From contig NW_021836259.1 of the NCBI RefSeq assembly GCF_006345805.1, positions 1 through 24,921 on the forward strand: a stretch of DNA of 24,921 bases. The letters are read 5' to 3'. Positions 21,694 to 24,921 of the stretch are shown piece after piece. The number at the start of each line of letters is the position of its first letter. The stretch's first letter is position 1. Made by a program: the position numbers and the translations under genes. The DNA comes from Octopus sinensis (lineage: Eukaryota). The notes under the pieces were generated by a model. That model was not told where the DNA came from. It made no database searches and saw only the letters and a list, made by a program, of their open reading frames with translations.

Positions 21694-22497
21694 ACTCATC
21701 CGAAATTGATGGCCAAGTGTCAAAATTATTATTATTATTGTTGTTGTGTTGTGTGTTTTATTTACACACACATATGCATACATTAAGTATTAACTACTGG
21801 AAAAAAAGAGTACTCAATAACATGATAGAGTTCAGTGATATTTCATGGTCGTGTCAGTCGCTTGCTACTCTGAGTTTCAGCTGTGGTTGCAGAGGGTCTT
21901 CCGGCTGCCTGAAAATTCCGGTGCCACCTGCAAGTGGTTCTCAGCGAAGCAACAGGCTGATTCGACCAAAATATAATAATAATAATAATTTTTATATACG
22001 TGTGTATAGATAGATGGATGGATGGATAAATAGATGTGCACATTGAAATATATTGGAATGTATATATTCACATGTGGGGAGGTGGTGCGATGAAAAGAAG
22101 GAATTTGACTTTTCGGTACTGACCCCTTCTGATTTTCTCTGTGAGAAAAATGAGATGTTTAGTCTTACTTGAAAAAATGTTTTCTCTCCGAAGAAGTAAA
22201 ATGTGTCTGAAGCGTCAGCCTCCTCCTCCTTCTTCCTACGACATACAAACTTATCGAAAAATCATCAGTTTGGATAAGTTTCTATGAAAAATGTTTAGCG
22301 ACGCAGAACTTCCAAATTCTTCGAACAACAGACAATGATTTACGTCATTGGCTGTGGTGCTTTGCTTTCTGATTTCGAAACCCGCCAGGATCAACTTTAC
22401 CTTTTCATCCCTTCAGGGTTCGCGGCAATAGACTAAGCCTCATCGCCCTACAATTAAAAGCCACGTCTCGAAATTTAAAACTATTTACATTAATCAT

Positions 22498-22728
22498 TTA
22501 GGTGACAGAATCGTTAGCACACCGGTCAAAGTGCTCGCAGGTAATTTCGTCCGTCTTTACGTTCTGAGTTCAAATTTCACCAAGGTCGACTTGGCACTTT
22601 CTCCTTTCGGGGTTGATAAAATAATTATCGGTTGACCACTGAGGTCAACATAATCGACTTACTCCACCTCACCCTAACCCTAACCCAAACCTCAGAAATT
22701 GCAGGTATTGTGCCAAATTTTGAAACTG
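22498..22728 (+). mobile_element. SINE family A, near full length
   Basis: gacagaatcgttagcacaccgg ... ctgagttcaaattt ... gtgccaaattttgaaac, followed by (ATT)n. Confidence 0.85.
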
Positions 22729-22867
22729 TTATTATCATTATTACTATTTTATTATTATCATTATTATTATTATTATTATTTTATTATTATCATTATTGTT
22801 ATCATTATTATTATTATTATTTTATCATTATTATTATTTTCTTTTTTCTTTTTATTATTATTATTAT

Positions 22868-22990
22868 TCTGTCGCTACGTTCTGAGTTCAAATTCCGCCG
22901 TGGTCGACTTTCCCTTTCATCCTTTCGGGGTCGATAAATTAAGTATCAGTGAACACAGAGGGTCGATGTAATCGACTAGTTCCCTCTTCC
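22868..22990 (+). mobile_element. SINE family A fragment
   Basis: tacgttctgagttcaaattccgccgtggtcgac. Confidence 0.85.
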
Positions 22991-23019
22991 ACTATTTCAT
23001 GCTTGTTGCGTTTAGCAGA

Positions 23020-23052
<33 letters not shown>

Positions 23053-23059
23053 CATTATT

Positions 23060-23230
23060 AAGGCAGTGAACAGGCCGATCAAAATGCTTAATGGCATTTC
23101 GTCCGGCTTTCCCCTCTTGAGCTCAAATGCTGTTGAGATCGAATCTGTCTTTCATTCAGCCAGAATAAGGTACCATTTGAGCGCAGGCGACAACGAATCT
23201 CTCTCAGCCAAAATTATAGGCATTGAAGAA
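23060..23230 (+). mobile_element. SINE family A, highly degenerate
   Basis: aaggcagtga..aaatgcttaatggcatttcgtcc..gagctcaaatgc..gagatcgaatctgtctttcattc. Confidence 0.5.
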
Positions 23231-23586
23231 AGACTGATTACTGTTTGTTATTATTATATACTTTATATTTATGCATTATGCACAAAATGTGTGTGTGTGT
23301 TTATCCGAATACCGACTTACCTGTATACAGGTAGGCAATGTTAAACCTTTATATCAATCTATTTATTCATTGTGTTTACAATTTTTCTTCTTGGTTAGGC
23401 ATGCAAAAAACGTCTTTCTCAACGAATAGCTTTCTGCATGTAAGCAAGTGTCTCTCGCTGTAAGAAATGTAATATAGGTGTCAGGTGATCAAATATCTTC
23501 GAAGGCTCCAGTTCAGTACCTCATACATACGTGCATAAAGGCAAGTGTATGTATGTATATATAATGTGTACGTTTGTGCGATCGTT

Positions 23587-24021
23587 ACTCTTTACTCTTT
23601 TACTTGTTTCAGTCATTTTTTTTACTGCGGCCATTCTGGAGCACCGCCTTTAGTCCAGCAAATCTACCCCCAGGACTTATTCTTTGTAAGCCTAGTACTT
23701 ATTCTATCGGTCTCTTTTGCCGAATCGCTAAGTTACGGGGACGTAAACACTCCAGCATCGGTTGTCAAGTGATGTTGGTGGAGTACAAACACAGACACAC
23801 AAACTTATACACGCACACACACATATATATATATATATATATAATATACATATATACGACGGGCTTGTTTCAGTTTCCGTCTACCAAATCCACTCACAAG
23901 GCCTTGGTCGGCCCGAGGCTATAGTAAGAAGACATTTGCCCAAGGTGCCACGCAGTGGGACTGAACCCGGAACCATATAGTTGGTAAGCAAGCTATTTAC
24001 CACACAGCCACTCCTACGCCT
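23587..24021 (-). mobile_element. SINE family B, full length
   Basis: Head ggcgtaggagtggctgtgtggtaa, B-box-like ggttcagtccc, core, internal (TA/TG)n, tail (gtaaaaga)n. Confidence 0.9.
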
Positions 24022-24188
24022 ATGCTGTTACTGTGCATAAGTTTATGATTGTATGTTCTTATTTAGAAAAAACAAAAGAAGAATGAGGATTCAATCCCAT
24101 CGTAGAATATACTTTAATTTATGGTTCTGGAATAACTGATGCTAGAAGTTTGAGTTCAATCTCAAGTCGTGAAATCCTGTCAATTTTC

Positions 24189-24342
24189 GGCCGAAGCGTG
24201 GCTGTTCGATTAAGATCGCTTCACGGCTTTGTAGTCAATGGTTCAATACCTCAGGCACTAACTTTGGCAGCAGTCCTTCCACTACAACTGCCATAGTCAT
24301 ACTAACCAATTCTTTGTGAGAGAATTTCATAGGCGGAAATTA
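24189..24342 (+). mobile_element. SINE family B head and core, degenerate
   Basis: gcgtggctgttcgattaag..ggttcaatacc..ctttgtgagagaattt..ggcggaaat. Confidence 0.55.
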
Positions 24343-24726
24343 CATACATGCATGCATACATACACACACACACACACACAATGTAGAAGAAAAAGTTTCA
24401 ATGACTGAAACCGGTGTACTGAAAAGTTTTTTATAAAATTATTTTGGCATTTTCTATCTTGACTTTTTTTCCCTTATATATATATAAGATTAACACCCGG
24501 TCACAAAAAAATTTTTCTTTCAAGTGTAATAGGTGTAAAAGAAAATGTGTATTAAAGGGATATGAGAGAACAAAAATTTATAAAGAAATTTGTGGGGAAA
24601 TTTTTTTCCCGAGGGGTGAAGACAGGACTTTCGAAATGAAATTCAAAAATTAATTTTTTTTTGCTTCAGTATTATGGAAAAAAGTTTGATATCTCTCTCT
24701 ATCTTCACACACCAACACCAAATATA

Positions 24727-24782
<56 letters not shown>

Positions 24783-24921
24783 CAAATAAGAAACAAATTT
24801 AGTTTGTTCATCAACTTTCGGATATTAAAATGTATTTTTATTAATTTAACAAAATGAGAACATCAATAGCATACATATATCTTTTTAATTCAGTACATAT
24901 AAGATATAAGATGAGAATGCA

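Noticed and set aside
24400-24700. DNA transposon remnant
   Set aside because: AT-rich with no convincing TIR pair or TSD

Overview
Eukaryotic, AT-rich, repeat-saturated DNA. The SINE families and microsatellite load look like Octopus (cephalopod) genomic DNA; this is recognition from memory, not a database match. No intact protein-coding gene can be supported, and nearly all long ORFs in the track are translations of microsatellites. The window contains: many copies of two tRNA-derived SINE families (called A and B here), including a tandem array of 8 head-truncated SINE-A units (13692-15170); a long decayed L1-clade (Tx1-like) retrotransposon on the minus strand (about 4835-9950) with probable ORF1 remnants, an RT remnant lacking YADD, a nested SINE and a ~39-copy 44-bp CpG-rich minisatellite in its 5' part; two more Tx1-like 3' ends; an R4/Dong-type 3' fragment ending in (TAA)n; a tandem pair of ~550-bp (TAA)n-embedded elements; two related MITEs with GGATCTTTTC termini and 8-bp target duplications; and two Penelope-like remnants, each carrying a minimal type I hammerhead ribozyme motif (48-91 minus, 4635-4680 plus). 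A possible host first exon lies near 20.1-20.8 kb (low confidence).
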